A stretch of 64,000 bases of DNA from Syntrophorhabdaceae bacterium (GCA_963665295.1 OY762209.1:3680001-3744000), one strand, 5' to 3'; shown: positions 49,784 through 59,969, numbered from the stretch's first letter. The notes: a model not told the origin generated them from the sequence alone. Numbers and translations: made by a program.

Positions 49784-50603
49784 GCCAAGAAAACGCCCAA
49801 AGTCATTCAAAAAGACAAAGCGCGGCCTTACGCCGAAGCAGAAACTTTTTGTCCGCGAATATCTTGTTGACATGAATGCGACCCGAGCGTATCTGCGGGC
49901 AGGGTACAAGGTGAGTGAAAAGGTAGCCGGTGCGGCGGGCCTGAGAATGTTAAAAAATGATGTGGTTTCAAAGGCTATCAACAAGTCTCTGGGGCATCGC
50001 TTGAACAAGATCGAAATCAACAACGATACCGTTCTTCAGGAGATTGCAAAATTGGCCTTCTGCAACATCCGCGATTATATCAAGATCAGGGAAGACGGCA
50101 AAGCGGATATGGACTTGTCAAGCCTGACCCGGGAGCAGGCCGCCGCGATTCAGGAACTCACGTTTGATGACGGAAAGGTTAAGTTCAAGTTGGCCGACAA
50201 GAAAGGCTCCTTGGATATGCTGGCAAAGTATCTGAAATTATTCAGTGACACATTGCCTGTGACATCAACCAGGACAGCCAAATTACTCAAAGCTGTGCTT
50301 GATGGGACGATGACAGCACGGGAAGCGGCATATAAGTTCAACATGCTCGGCCTGCCGCTGCCCGAAGTTCTGAGAATTGAACTCTCCAAAGCTCCGCCTG
50401 AGCCGCCACCACCGGACATTCCGCCCGCCATGGAAGATGCTGAGCTCGAGGAGCGTTACAGGAGGGCTCTGGAGAGGAACGAGCAGCAGACCGGGGAGTG
50501 GGTGCCGAAAAGGCAGGAAGAGGTGAAGGAAATCAAGAATGATCTGAAAGGCATCGATTCTTTCGCGCCTGGCATGGAGGGGGAGACCCGATCAGATGAG
50601 TAA
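49767..50603 (+). CDS. terminase small subunit
   Basis: LTPKQKLFVREYLVDMNATRAYLRAGY, VLQEIAKLAF, KLADK..LDML.KYL. Confidence 0.9.
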   Translation: MVQNSKPRKRPKSFKKTKRGLTPKQKLFVREYLVDMNATRAYLRAGYKVSEKVAGAAGLRMLKNDVVSKAINKSLGHRLNKIEINNDTVLQEIAKLAFCNIRDYIKIREDGKADMDLSSLTREQAAAIQELTFDDGKVKFKLADKKGSLDMLAKYLKLFSDTLPVTSTRTAKLLKAVLDGTMTAREAAYKFNMLGLPLPEVLRIELSKAPPEPPPPDIPPAMEDAELEERYRRALERNEQQTGEWVPKRQEEVKEIKNDLKGIDSFAPGMEGETRSDE

Positions 50604-52089
50604 GACGGGCAGCATACTATCAGCTCCGAGCGCTATTGTGAATCGATACAAGGACTTTTGCGTCCGTTACCGCCACCAATGTCTGCGATACGCAATTGAA
50701 GTTGTCCGGATAGAACCGACGTGGCAACAAGTTGATCTATTCAGGGCAGTGGAAGTCCCGGGTTGCCGCGTAGCTTGCAGGAGCGGCCATGGAACTGGCA
50801 AATCGTTCGGCTATGCCATAATCTGCGATTGGCTCTTGAGGACATACCCAATGAGCAACACGCTTCTGACGGCGACAAACTTGGAGCAACTGCGCTCAGT
50901 AGTCTGGAAAGAACTCGATACGGTGATCGGCAAAGTCAACGATGCTTACCCATGGATGAGCCCCTATTTTGTCAAAGAGACGAGGCGCTATTATGCTTTG
51001 AACCACAAGGACTCCTGGTACGTAATGCCGAAAACGGCGTCCAAGCACAAGCCGGAAGGTGTAGCCGGTCAGCACCGGCAATGGTACACGGTTCTTGTTG
51101 ATGAGGCATCAGGGGTCGATGACGAGATTCATGGGGTCCTGCGCGGCGCCCTCACCATGAAAGAGAACCGGTATGTCATGGTGAGCCAGCAGACGAGGAA
51201 TGTTGGGCATTTCGCCGATGCCTTCACTCTCCTGAAGGAAATATATACCTGTCTTGAGTTCAACGCCGAGGAATCGCCGCTTGTCTCCCACGAGTGGATC
51301 AGGGAAAAACTGATCGAGTACGGCGGTCACCACAGTCCCGAATACCAAATCAAAGTGCTCGGCAGGGCGCCGGATAATCTGAGCGGCTATCTTATCCCCC
51401 GTTCATGGCTGGAAGAATCGAGGATGCTGGTCATTACCCATCAGAAGCCATGGGGATGGGTGCTCACGGCAGACGTGGCCGAAGGGGTGCACCGTGATTC
51501 CTCCGTATGGACCTTGGGAAAAGTTTCCGGATACGACAGCGAACGGCGGGTTGAGGTAGTAGATTCCATGGCGTATGACGACCTCAACGAGAAACGGTTT
51601 GCCTGGAGAATCCATGAGCGGGTGGTGGGCCTTCCGAACGTGACTATTGCCGTTGATGCGGATGGCACGGGACGGGCGGCTATATTGGACTTGGAAGAAC
51701 TCGGCCATACCGTGGAGCATATTCACTGGGGGATGCAGCCTCATAGCGCGGCAGACCGGCGACGCTACAAGAACCTGCGGGCCTACTCTCACGTGAAGGC
51801 GAGAGAGGCGATATTTGATAAGCGCATGAAGATCGACACGCACAAGAAGACGGTGGAACAGGGGGCGCTGCTGCCTTACAAAATCGACGAGGGCGGCAGA
51901 TATGCGATGACCCCGAAGGAGCAGATGAAGGCTGCCGGCATCAAGTCGCCTGACCGCTTTGATACGCACTGTTTCTTTTTCCTCGTGGATTATATACCTG
52001 CCGATGAAGAAACATTCGGACCGGAACAGGAAAAGAATGACCTGCTCGACATGGCCCGAAAGATAATTGCCGGGGGAGAGGCAGCATGA
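50596..52089 (+). CDS. terminase large subunit (P1 PacB-like)
   Basis: RSGHGTGKS Walker A, VDEASGV Walker B, ADVA, D.DG.G, IKSPDRFD. Confidence 0.92.
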   Translation: MSKTGSILSAPSAIVNRYKDFCVRYRHQCLRYAIEVVRIEPTWQQVDLFRAVEVPGCRVACRSGHGTGKSFGYAIICDWLLRTYPMSNTLLTATNLEQLRSVVWKELDTVIGKVNDAYPWMSPYFVKETRRYYALNHKDSWYVMPKTASKHKPEGVAGQHRQWYTVLVDEASGVDDEIHGVLRGALTMKENRYVMVSQQTRNVGHFADAFTLLKEIYTCLEFNAEESPLVSHEWIREKLIEYGGHHSPEYQIKVLGRAPDNLSGYLIPRSWLEESRMLVITHQKPWGWVLTADVAEGVHRDSSVWTLGKVSGYDSERRVEVVDSMAYDDLNEKRFAWRIHERVVGLPNVTIAVDADGTGRAAILDLEELGHTVEHIHWGMQPHSAADRRRYKNLRAYSHVKAREAIFDKRMKIDTHKKTVEQGALLPYKIDEGGRYAMTPKEQMKAAGIKSPDRFDTHCFFFLVDYIPADEETFGPEQEKNDLLDMARKIIAGGEAA

Positions 52090-52313
52090 AGATAGATCGA
52101 ATAATGGAACAGATTCTGGGGGAAGAGGAGGGCCTGACAATGTGGAAAGTGGTCATGACGTTGACGCACGAGGTGATAGGGTTGACGGCGATTGCACTGT
52201 GGATGATCGGGATAGCCGCAGCCAAAGGATGGTTGTGGGTCGCTCTGTCGAGCCTGCTTCCGCCTGTGGCGTGGGTATTTGCCGCAAAGTATTTTCTCGG
52301 GGTGCAGGGATGA
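52086..52313 (+). CDS. small two-TM membrane protein
   Basis: ATGA overlaps at both ends; two hydrophobic segments. Confidence 0.55.
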   Translation: MKIDRIMEQILGEEEGLTMWKVVMTLTHEVIGLTAIALWMIGIAAAKGWLWVALSSLLPPVAWVFAAKYFLGVQG

Positions 52314-52948
52314 GCGATGAGGTTCTGAAGATATTGACCGTTTCTCTGGTGGGCAACCAGCGGAGCAAAGCATACGCCATATTCAACGGGGAACAACTCG
52401 TCATAACGGGCGTCCACCCGATCTCTGGGGTGTTCAGTTCGTGGCGTAAGCCGTTGATTGATGAGATTATCGACAAGAAGGGCAAGGGTTATGTGGTGCT
52501 CATCGAGGAAAAGACAGAGATTATTGCCCAGCATGGGACGCAGTACCTCCTGGAGGATGTCGAAGGCAGGAGCAACCTGTATGACGCACTTGATTGGTAT
52601 TTTGCCTTGCAGGACATGGGAAACGTGATAGCGGACGATGACGCCAAGCGGTTCCTGATCCGGACAGGCAGCGAGGGTCAGAAGATCGAGAAGAAACAGG
52701 ATGAGAAAGGGCGGCCTTACTACGATATCGATTGGGCCTCATTTCACGGCGGGCATAGGGCCATTCTTCTCTGTGTGGTGGCCGCTATGACGGAACCATT
52801 GAGTGATCGATACATTGAAGCAATGTTTGGGGAGCCAATTCAGGATCCCGAGGACAATAATCCGGTAAGGAGATGGAAGAAGGCGTTTGCCTCCCGGGAC
52901 TTGGAGAGAGGAAAGGCACTGGAAGACAAGAGGGAAAGAAGAGGATGA
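52310..52948 (+). CDS. phage hypothetical protein
   Basis: ATGA coupling; true start MSDEVLK at 52310. Confidence 0.65.
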   Translation: MSDEVLKILTVSLVGNQRSKAYAIFNGEQLVITGVHPISGVFSSWRKPLIDEIIDKKGKGYVVLIEEKTEIIAQHGTQYLLEDVEGRSNLYDALDWYFALQDMGNVIADDDAKRFLIRTGSEGQKIEKKQDEKGRPYYDIDWASFHGGHRAILLCVVAAMTEPLSDRYIEAMFGEPIQDPEDNNPVRRWKKAFASRDLERGKALEDKRERRG

Positions 52949-53292
52949 CTGCACGCGAAATCAGAAGCTTTCTGGCCGAGTATCGCTTTGATACCTCATG
53001 CGAGGCAACACTACAAGCGCAAATTGAAAGGGCTTTCCGGGAAAGAGGCGTCGAATACAAAAGGGAAGTTCGTTTGTCTTCACATGATCGCATCGACTTT
53101 CTTTTGGAGGGGATCGGAATAGAAGTGAAAATCAAGGGATCGGCAAAGGCGATCTTCCGGCAGTGTCAACGGTATTGCGCCTACGATGAGATACAAGCAC
53201 TCATCCTGGTAACCGGACGGTCCATGGGCCTCCCGGAAAGTATTCAGGGGAAGCCATGTTACTATCACAATCTGGGGCGAAGCTGGCTATGA
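52945..53292 (+). CDS. small PD-(D/E)xK-fold nuclease-like protein
   Basis: E..LQ..I...F, REV.L...RIDFL..GIGIEVK, Q..RY. Confidence 0.7.
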   Translation: MTAREIRSFLAEYRFDTSCEATLQAQIERAFRERGVEYKREVRLSSHDRIDFLLEGIGIEVKIKGSAKAIFRQCQRYCAYDEIQALILVTGRSMGLPESIQGKPCYYHNLGRSWL

Positions 53293-55124
53293 GAACTTAC
53301 GGAAGTATCTTTCTGCAAGGTAAACGTTGGGTGGACGATTCAAAGCAATGGGTCCTGGACGGCCTTGAACCTCACGTATCGATAAAGCTGAAGAACATCT
53401 TTCCGAAAATCCCCAAGACATCAGTGGGGCCGTTTCTCTTCGACAACACCCCAGAGAATTGTGCTGACCTGGAATGGTTCATGTCGCGCTATCCTCTGGC
53501 TATTTCAGAGGAACACCTTCAGGAATTGCAGGCGAGAAGGACCCTCTTCCTGGAAAACCAAGCTGAAATGGAACGGATTATGAGGCCTGACTTTGTGCCC
53601 GGCAATTATAGTCTGAAGGACGGCCAGGCAATCAGGCCATATCAGGCGCAGGCAATTGGGATCTTCCATAGGTCGAGGGCCCTGCTGATCGGTGATGATG
53701 TCGGACTCGGCAAAACCTATATCGGAATTGGGGCTTGTCTCAAAACGGAGCACCTTCCCGCTATCGTCGCGGTTCAGACTCACTTGCATCGTCAATGGAA
53801 AGAGAAGATAGAGTCGTTTTCAAACCTGAAAGTACATATGATATCGGGCACGCGGCCTTATAACCTTCCGGCGGCCGACATTTACCTCATAAAGTATTCG
53901 TGCGTCGCAGGGTGGGTTGATATTTTCAGACAAGGCTATTTCAAGACCGCCATTTTCGATGAAGTACAGGAACTCCGCCGCGGCACCCTCTCTGACAAAG
54001 GAGCGGCAGCCAAGGTTCTCGCCGCGGGGGTCGATTACCGCCTCGGTTTAAGCGCCACCCCCATCTACAACTATGCGGATGAGATATGGAACGTCATGGA
54101 CATCCTGAACGAGCACTCTCTCGGCACCCGTGACGAATTCTTGCGAGAGTGGGGCGCCGACCACTACGGAACGAACAAGATCATCATCAAGGATCCCAAG
54201 GCCCTGGGTTCCTATCTGCGAGAGAAATACCTCTTTCTCCGTCGGACAAAGGCCGATGTCGGGCAACACCTGAAGCCGGTTAATACGGTTGTCGAAACGG
54301 TGGGGTTCGATGCTCAGTCGGTAAAATCCGCCGAAGAGTTGGCTGCAAAGCTCGCCTTAAAGGCATCACAGGGTAGTTTTATCGAACGGGGTCAAGCTGC
54401 CAGGGAACTCGATTTGATGGTCAGGTATATGACGGGCGTCTCAAAAGCGAAATATGTTGCTGAATTCGTCCGTATCCTGCTGGAGAGCGGAGAGCCCGTG
54501 GTTCTTGCCGGCTGGCACCGAGATGTTTATGATATCTGGCTTAAAGAACTTGCCGAGTTCAAGCCGGTCATGTATACGGGATCGGAGAGCGAAGCGCAGA
54601 AAGAGAAGGCAAAGCAGGCTTTTGTCAATGGCGAGACGGACCTGTTCATCATCTCATTGAGGTCTGGAATAGGCTTGGATGGGCTTCAGTTCCGGTGTTC
54701 TACGGTCGTGTTCGGCGAATTGGACTGGTCTCCCCAAGTTCATTACCAAGTCACCGGCCGTTTGGACCGGGAGGGGCAGGAAGAGCCCGTCATGGCCATA
54801 TACCTTTGCAGCGATAGCGGGTCCGATCCCCTCATGATTGACCTCTTGGGCCTTAAATCGTCTCAGGCGAGAGCCATAATTGATCCGAGCCTTGGGGTCC
54901 AAGCCGTCTATAGCGACCAATCAAGAATGCAGATGCTTGTGCAGAAATACCTGAGAAATAGGAAAGTAATTACGGGGGACAAGGGAGAGGTGCCAAATAT
55001 GGATTGGGAAGAATCAACGCCATTGAGGGTCGGGGATCAAGTAATGCTGAATGGGGAAAAAGGTTTCATCACGGGAGAAGCAACGAGCCGTGAGACTTTA
55101 CAGGAAGGGGGGCGACCATCATGA
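53289..55124 (+). CDS. SNF2-family (SF2) helicase
   Basis: RPYQ, DDVGLGKT, FDEVQ, SATP, GLDGLQ, Q.TGRLDREGQ. Confidence 0.9.
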   Translation: MRTYGSIFLQGKRWVDDSKQWVLDGLEPHVSIKLKNIFPKIPKTSVGPFLFDNTPENCADLEWFMSRYPLAISEEHLQELQARRTLFLENQAEMERIMRPDFVPGNYSLKDGQAIRPYQAQAIGIFHRSRALLIGDDVGLGKTYIGIGACLKTEHLPAIVAVQTHLHRQWKEKIESFSNLKVHMISGTRPYNLPAADIYLIKYSCVAGWVDIFRQGYFKTAIFDEVQELRRGTLSDKGAAAKVLAAGVDYRLGLSATPIYNYADEIWNVMDILNEHSLGTRDEFLREWGADHYGTNKIIIKDPKALGSYLREKYLFLRRTKADVGQHLKPVNTVVETVGFDAQSVKSAEELAAKLALKASQGSFIERGQAARELDLMVRYMTGVSKAKYVAEFVRILLESGEPVVLAGWHRDVYDIWLKELAEFKPVMYTGSESEAQKEKAKQAFVNGETDLFIISLRSGIGLDGLQFRCSTVVFGELDWSPQVHYQVTGRLDREGQEEPVMAIYLCSDSGSDPLMIDLLGLKSSQARAIIDPSLGVQAVYSDQSRMQMLVQKYLRNRKVITGDKGEVPNMDWEESTPLRVGDQVMLNGEKGFITGEATSRETLQEGGRPS

Positions 55125-55435
55125 CAACGCTGTCTCGGCTTTCGCCTTATAACGTCACTGATGATCTCTTGCGGTCCGATCTGTATCGCGAGATCAAGAA
55201 AGGAAACAATGAGTGGCCGGAATACGAAATACAGCCCGACGAGGTTTTGATGCCGGAACTGGTTGCCTATCGTTTCTATGGTACTGATCTCCTGAAGTGG
55301 GTAGTTCTGATAGTGGCAGGCTTGGATGACATGCGGGAGGTCCTGGAGGCTGGAACAACGATCAAGCTCCCCCCGACTGTCTGGATACGAGAACGGATCA
55401 AGCATTACGCAGGCGACTATGATAACGAGGAATAA
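55121..55435 (+). CDS. baseplate wedge LysM-like protein (P1 gp26/T4 gp53-like)
   Basis: YEI.PDE...PELVAYRFYG....W.......L.AG..I.LP. Confidence 0.7.
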   Translation: MTTLSRLSPYNVTDDLLRSDLYREIKKGNNEWPEYEIQPDEVLMPELVAYRFYGTDLLKWVVLIVAGLDDMREVLEAGTTIKLPPTVWIRERIKHYAGDYDNEE

Positions 55436-55440
55436 TTATA

Positions 55441-56649
55441 ATGGCACTTTGGGGGCTTTTCGGCGATAAGAAAAAGGATGAGTTTAGACAATTCGAGAAG
55501 ACGTTCAAGCAGATATGGGCCAAGACGAGCACCCGACGTCAGGCCGACAAACGGGATGCCTTTCTCACACCCGATCTGTTGCGCCGGCGCCGGGAGGTTA
55601 CAAAAAGCGGGAAGCAAAAGCTGGTCTTGGACTTCGGTTCCCAGGGCGGCAGAGTTTCTTATACGCTGGCCGATCTTAACAAAATGGCAAAGGCCATGGA
55701 GAAGGCCGAAGGGAAATTCAGCGAATCGACAAGGGGCGTTACTGTGGCGGAACTGATCCGGTCTTCCCGGAAGATCGACATTGAGAGAGCCAAGAAGATT
55801 ACGAACTCGACCCTGTACAAGTTCGACGGATCTATCCTGTTATTTAGGTCCAGGGCCGGGGACGACAGCAAGGTTAATTTCCACCAGGTTAAGGTACGTC
55901 TCGAGGACTGGGAACATGAGGTAAGGGGTGGGCTGGGCAACACCTACCTGCCCGCAGCGGCAAGCGCGGCCAGGGGCCGGGTGTCCTTCGACTGCGATTG
56001 TGGCAGACACCAGTACTGGTATCGATATTTGGCCACTATTGGTGGGTTTGCGCTTGACCCCAAAGAGTTTGCTTTCCCGAAGATCCGGAACCCGAAGTTG
56101 CAGGGCTGTGCCTGCAAGCACGTCATAAAGACGCTCGCTGTCCTACAGACTCCTTTTGTACAGAGCAGAATTGCCCTGGAAATGAAAGACCAAGCTCAGA
56201 AAAAGGGGTGGTTCAGTCGGCTGCTGCATGGAGAGAGGCCCACAGAGACATTCATGGAAGGGGAGGATTTGCAGGCGTCGGAACTTAGTGGAAACGTTGG
56301 TATCGAGAAGTCTTTCAAGAACATGAAGAAAGCCAGGGCGGGGTACGCTCAAAAAATAAAGAACTGGGTCAAGGCGAAGACAAAAAAGAAAGCGGAGAAG
56401 ACGATGGAAAAGAGTATGGACACCGTCCTCGGTAAGGGAACGGTCTCGGAAACTGTGGCCAAGCAGGAGATCAAAAAGCGGCGACAGGCGGAAGATGATG
56501 CGCTAAAACATAAGCTTGATGCCTATATTCTCAGGGCGATTTATGAAAAGAAGATGTCAAAGGCTGAGGCTGTCAGGTCTTTCGCGGATGAAAACAAAAT
56601 GACCGTGAAAGAGGTCGAGAAATTGGGAAAGGAGGCAAATATCCTATGA
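55441..56649 (+). CDS. P1 gp25-like protein with SWIM zinc finger
   Basis: FDCDCGRHQYWYRY.AT.G, PKIRNP.L.G.ACKH. Confidence 0.7.
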   Translation: MALWGLFGDKKKDEFRQFEKTFKQIWAKTSTRRQADKRDAFLTPDLLRRRREVTKSGKQKLVLDFGSQGGRVSYTLADLNKMAKAMEKAEGKFSESTRGVTVAELIRSSRKIDIERAKKITNSTLYKFDGSILLFRSRAGDDSKVNFHQVKVRLEDWEHEVRGGLGNTYLPAAASAARGRVSFDCDCGRHQYWYRYLATIGGFALDPKEFAFPKIRNPKLQGCACKHVIKTLAVLQTPFVQSRIALEMKDQAQKKGWFSRLLHGERPTETFMEGEDLQASELSGNVGIEKSFKNMKKARAGYAQKIKNWVKAKTKKKAEKTMEKSMDTVLGKGTVSETVAKQEIKKRRQAEDDALKHKLDAYILRAIYEKKMSKAEAVRSFADENKMTVKEVEKLGKEANIL

Positions 56650-57467
56650 AAGAACGCGATTATAGAGACTTCAATAAGGCGATGTCGGAAGATTTCATGG
56701 TTTTTGTCCGGAATCATCCGGACGCCTTTGACGTGCTCCTCTTCAAGCCGGACCCCGATTCTCTCGAAACAGTAGCCGTCGACCAAGACGTGGTCGGGGC
56801 CCTGGAGACCGAAGAGAGGGCGCTCGAATACCTTGATCCCGTCATGACAAAGGCTGTCCTTATTCCGGACGAGTTTCCTTTTGGCGCGGTCGATGCGGGA
56901 GGGGAGCCGGACGGAAATATGGATCGGCCGTCAGTTCTCTTGATCGCGGATCCTGATATTCCAAAACAGACCGTGGTGCAATACCGGGAGTTTATCAACG
57001 ATACCGACGTAAGAGTAGTGTCGCTATATATCATGCGTAGCGAGATCATAGGGGAAGCCCCTGGTGTGTGTGAAAAGCATTACTGCGTGCCGTTCCAGGT
57101 ATTCGATTACGAGTTCATTGAACCTCCATTGAATGAATTTCCTGAAGACGAAGCCGAGGACACCGGTGAGACACCGATCTTATCGGCGAGCGAGTTTATT
57201 CTGCACTGCAATGAAGACGACACTCACGAGAAGAGTCAATGGCGGATTAGGGCATCTGCAGGGACCTATGACGATCCAGTGTACGACAGCGGCACCTGTT
57301 CCGATTTGAGAAGCCACAGTGTTCCGGCCGGGCATCTGGAGACAGGCGGTGTCTATTTCTGGCATGTTCGGTATCGAGGCGCCGCAGGTGATGAGGAAGG
57401 CGAAGAGGAGATATGGTCCGACTGGTCTGAAGAGACGCAGTTTACCACGATGGGGGTATTCGAATGA
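56646..57467 (+). CDS. P1 gp7-like neck/tail protein with C-terminal FN3-like domain
   Basis: position in the 26-25-7-24-6-5 order; HPDAFD.LL..P; SQW.I....VYDSG...Y.W.VRY...WSDWS. Confidence 0.6.
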   Translation: MKERDYRDFNKAMSEDFMVFVRNHPDAFDVLLFKPDPDSLETVAVDQDVVGALETEERALEYLDPVMTKAVLIPDEFPFGAVDAGGEPDGNMDRPSVLLIADPDIPKQTVVQYREFINDTDVRVVSLYIMRSEIIGEAPGVCEKHYCVPFQVFDYEFIEPPLNEFPEDEAEDTGETPILSASEFILHCNEDDTHEKSQWRIRASAGTYDDPVYDSGTCSDLRSHSVPAGHLETGGVYFWHVRYRGAAGDEEGEEEIWSDWSEETQFTTMGVFE

Positions 57468-58201
57468 GCAACGAATTTTCAGAACTTCAGGCGGTTGATT
57501 TCGGTCTCGGCGCATTCATCGCGGCTGCATTTTCCGATCTCAACCCGGACAGAGGACCAAAGGGCTACCGGGAATTCCTTTCAAGGCCGGCAAATAGGCA
57601 AATATACCGACACGACGCCGATACACCGAAGGATTTCGTGCAAGCCTTTCTTGCTGCGCAGGCGGCGGCAAAGACCGCTGCTGGGGCAAAAATAAACCTC
57701 ATAGAGATGCCGCTCGTATACTATTTCCGCAAGCCAGGGCTCACTAACGGAACCGACAGGGAAGCGACACGACGCGGGCGCTACGTGTGGTCGGAAGGGG
57801 AGGAGGAACTCCTCAACGCCTATCAGTTCATGGTGCTGCCCCTCGTGCTCGACTACCGAATGTTTTTCCTCGCCTGGGACAAGCCTACCCTCGATAAGCT
57901 ACAATTGGCCTGGTACGCTTACGCATCACGGCATGACAAGTTCACGTGCCGGTATCGCCTCGGTTCCGAGGATATATTTGAAATTTCAGCTTTCATGCAG
58001 GATCATAAGTCGCTTCTGTGCTCGGATGAAAGCGTACCTCCCGGTCAGGACACGCGTCGGGTCTACGCCGTATCCGCGGGGATGCAAATCGCGACGGATG
58101 TGATTGTGGGGGCGGGAGCGGAACCGCCAGAGGCGGTTACGATCACTGGCATCCTGTGGCACTATTTGGACCACGCAACGGGGAGCGAGCGGGATGGCTG
58201 A
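57464..58201 (+). CDS. P1 gp24-like tail terminator/completion protein
   Basis: syntenic position; P+.YY.R and AWDKPTLD motifs. Confidence 0.55.
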   Translation: MSNEFSELQAVDFGLGAFIAAAFSDLNPDRGPKGYREFLSRPANRQIYRHDADTPKDFVQAFLAAQAAAKTAAGAKINLIEMPLVYYFRKPGLTNGTDREATRRGRYVWSEGEEELLNAYQFMVLPLVLDYRMFFLAWDKPTLDKLQLAWYAYASRHDKFTCRYRLGSEDIFEISAFMQDHKSLLCSDESVPPGQDTRRVYAVSAGMQIATDVIVGAGAEPPEAVTITGILWHYLDHATGSERDG

Positions 58202-59198
58202 GACGACCAAGCAGGAAGACTATTTTCTCCAAGCCGTGAAGTTAATCAGGAACGGCGTAGAGGCTGGGACATTCGATCTGTCGTTTCTCAAGGAAGTCAC
58301 TTTTGTCGAGACTATTGACCTTTCGGGCCCGCGCCTCATGATGACCTTTGATGATACAAACTCAATTATCCGGGATGACATGAAGGTCAAGGAACGAGAC
58401 GTGCTACAGATTCGAATCGCCGATGTGTGGGAGCGGGACGGCATTGACCAGACTGTACAATTTGTAATCTGGACGATGCCGAATAGGGCCAATATGGTCA
58501 CGCTGAACTGTATGCAACGCAATGTCGATCTTCTGAAGCAGCCTGCGAAAGACAGCATACTATTTCCGAAAGCGTCGATAGAAACAATACTGAAGCGGCT
58601 GGCCCCGGGCCTTAAATACAACGTCGGCAGCTTCCCGGCGCTTGAGGCTTACCACCTTCTTCCCGGTGAAAGGCCCACGCGACTGCTGCGGCAGATAGCC
58701 AAGGAAAGAGGGGGGCTCTGCTTCTACCGGCGCGGATCGATTGTCTTCCAGAAGCTGGGCGAACTCTTGAAGAAGGAAGCGAAGCATACCTATGAGCATG
58801 ATAACCGTAGGGCCAAGAATCAGATCGTATATTTCACCAGGGATAATGCCAAGGCTTTGATCAAGGACCGCGTGGAGCGCAATGTCATCGGATGGGATAT
58901 GGTTAAAGGGATCATGAAGTCAGGGAAAAAGACGACCAAGCCACCCGAGTTCGTGTCCGTCTGTAATATGCCGACCATGAACAACCTCACCGAGATTCCG
59001 TATCCTGCCATCGACTTCATTGCGCTGGGCAATGGCGCGTTTGTTCCCGGGATGCCGATTTCCCTGAAATGGAATGCAGCCAGGGTCGACGCGCCCATTG
59101 ATGAGAGTCTTCCGGCAAAGGTGGTTATCGGGACGGTGGCTCATTACTATAGTTCACAGAAGTATTTCGTCCGCGTGAAAGGAGTGTTGCCGAAATGA
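58194..59198 (+). CDS. baseplate hub protein (P1 gp6-like)
   Basis: E..DLSGPRL...DD, YHLLPGERP..LLRQ.A.E.G; precedes the spike gene. Confidence 0.7.
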   Translation: MAETTKQEDYFLQAVKLIRNGVEAGTFDLSFLKEVTFVETIDLSGPRLMMTFDDTNSIIRDDMKVKERDVLQIRIADVWERDGIDQTVQFVIWTMPNRANMVTLNCMQRNVDLLKQPAKDSILFPKASIETILKRLAPGLKYNVGSFPALEAYHLLPGERPTRLLRQIAKERGGLCFYRRGSIVFQKLGELLKKEAKHTYEHDNRRAKNQIVYFTRDNAKALIKDRVERNVIGWDMVKGIMKSGKKTTKPPEFVSVCNMPTMNNLTEIPYPAIDFIALGNGAFVPGMPISLKWNAARVDAPIDESLPAKVVIGTVAHYYSSQKYFVRVKGVLPK

Positions 59199-59878
59199 AC
59201 AGCGAACCGAATCCGACATCGACAAATCAGGGGAAATACTTTGGGGAATATATCGGGCGTGTCGAGAACGTCAACGATCCTGAAGGTTTGCTGCGCGTTC
59301 AGGTCCGCGACATGGTCCACCATACCGAGCAGGTTCCGACAAAAGCTCTTCCGTGGGCAGAGTACAAGTTACCCGTGGGCGCTCGTGTCAATGACGGATT
59401 CTTCACTCCGGTTGATGTAGGGGACTGGGTTTGGCTGGATTATCCTTACGAGGGAAATTCACGGAGGCCGCGTATTACGGGATCGGTCCATATGGCTCCG
59501 GGGAAAGTCCCGAATTTTCCCCATGAGGTATTTTCGGGAGCCAACAAGCTTGTCCATAAGGTAACCGGCGATGAACCTATACCAGCACCGGCGGCGTACC
59601 ACAAGAACTGTGTCTATTCTCAGCATGGCGTTACCATTGAGATCAACGAGGACACCTCTCTTTCCGTGACTCAAAGAGCTACCGGTACGGCGATACGCAT
59701 TTCGCCGCAAGGGGACATTACGCTTCATAGCGAGAAGAGAATCTTCGCATCAGCCAAGGAGTCCGCGGAATTAACCGGCAATTTCCATATAATTGGGAAC
59801 ATCGACGTGACTGGAAACATCAGTGCAACCGGCAATATAATCGACGGCGGGTCGAACACAAACCACCACAGTCATTAA
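59195..59878 (+). CDS. baseplate spike/assembly protein V (gp5-like)
   Basis: OB-fold G.V..V.DP...RV.V, LPWA, P.VGD.VW; C-terminal HxH metal tip (NHHSH). Confidence 0.9.
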   Translation: MNSEPNPTSTNQGKYFGEYIGRVENVNDPEGLLRVQVRDMVHHTEQVPTKALPWAEYKLPVGARVNDGFFTPVDVGDWVWLDYPYEGNSRRPRITGSVHMAPGKVPNFPHEVFSGANKLVHKVTGDEPIPAPAAYHKNCVYSQHGVTIEINEDTSLSVTQRATGTAIRISPQGDITLHSEKRIFASAKESAELTGNFHIIGNIDVTGNISATGNIIDGGSNTNHHSH

Positions 59879-59891
59879 TAAGCTACCCTCT

Positions 59892-59969
59892 GTCCGAACT
59901 GGGGGATATCCGGTTCGGACTTGTCAACTTCGCAATCCTTCGTTTTTCTATCACAATCCTTCGTTTTTC
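59892..59969. promoter_or_regulatory. hairpin plus direct repeats upstream of the capsid operon
   Basis: GTCCGAACTGG/CCGGTTCGGAC 59892-59920; CAATCCTTCGTTTTTC at 59933 and 59954. Confidence 0.5.

Noticed and set aside
49767..50603. P1-type pac site (clustered TGATCA/G hexamers) in the small terminase gene
   Set aside because: No such cluster is visible.
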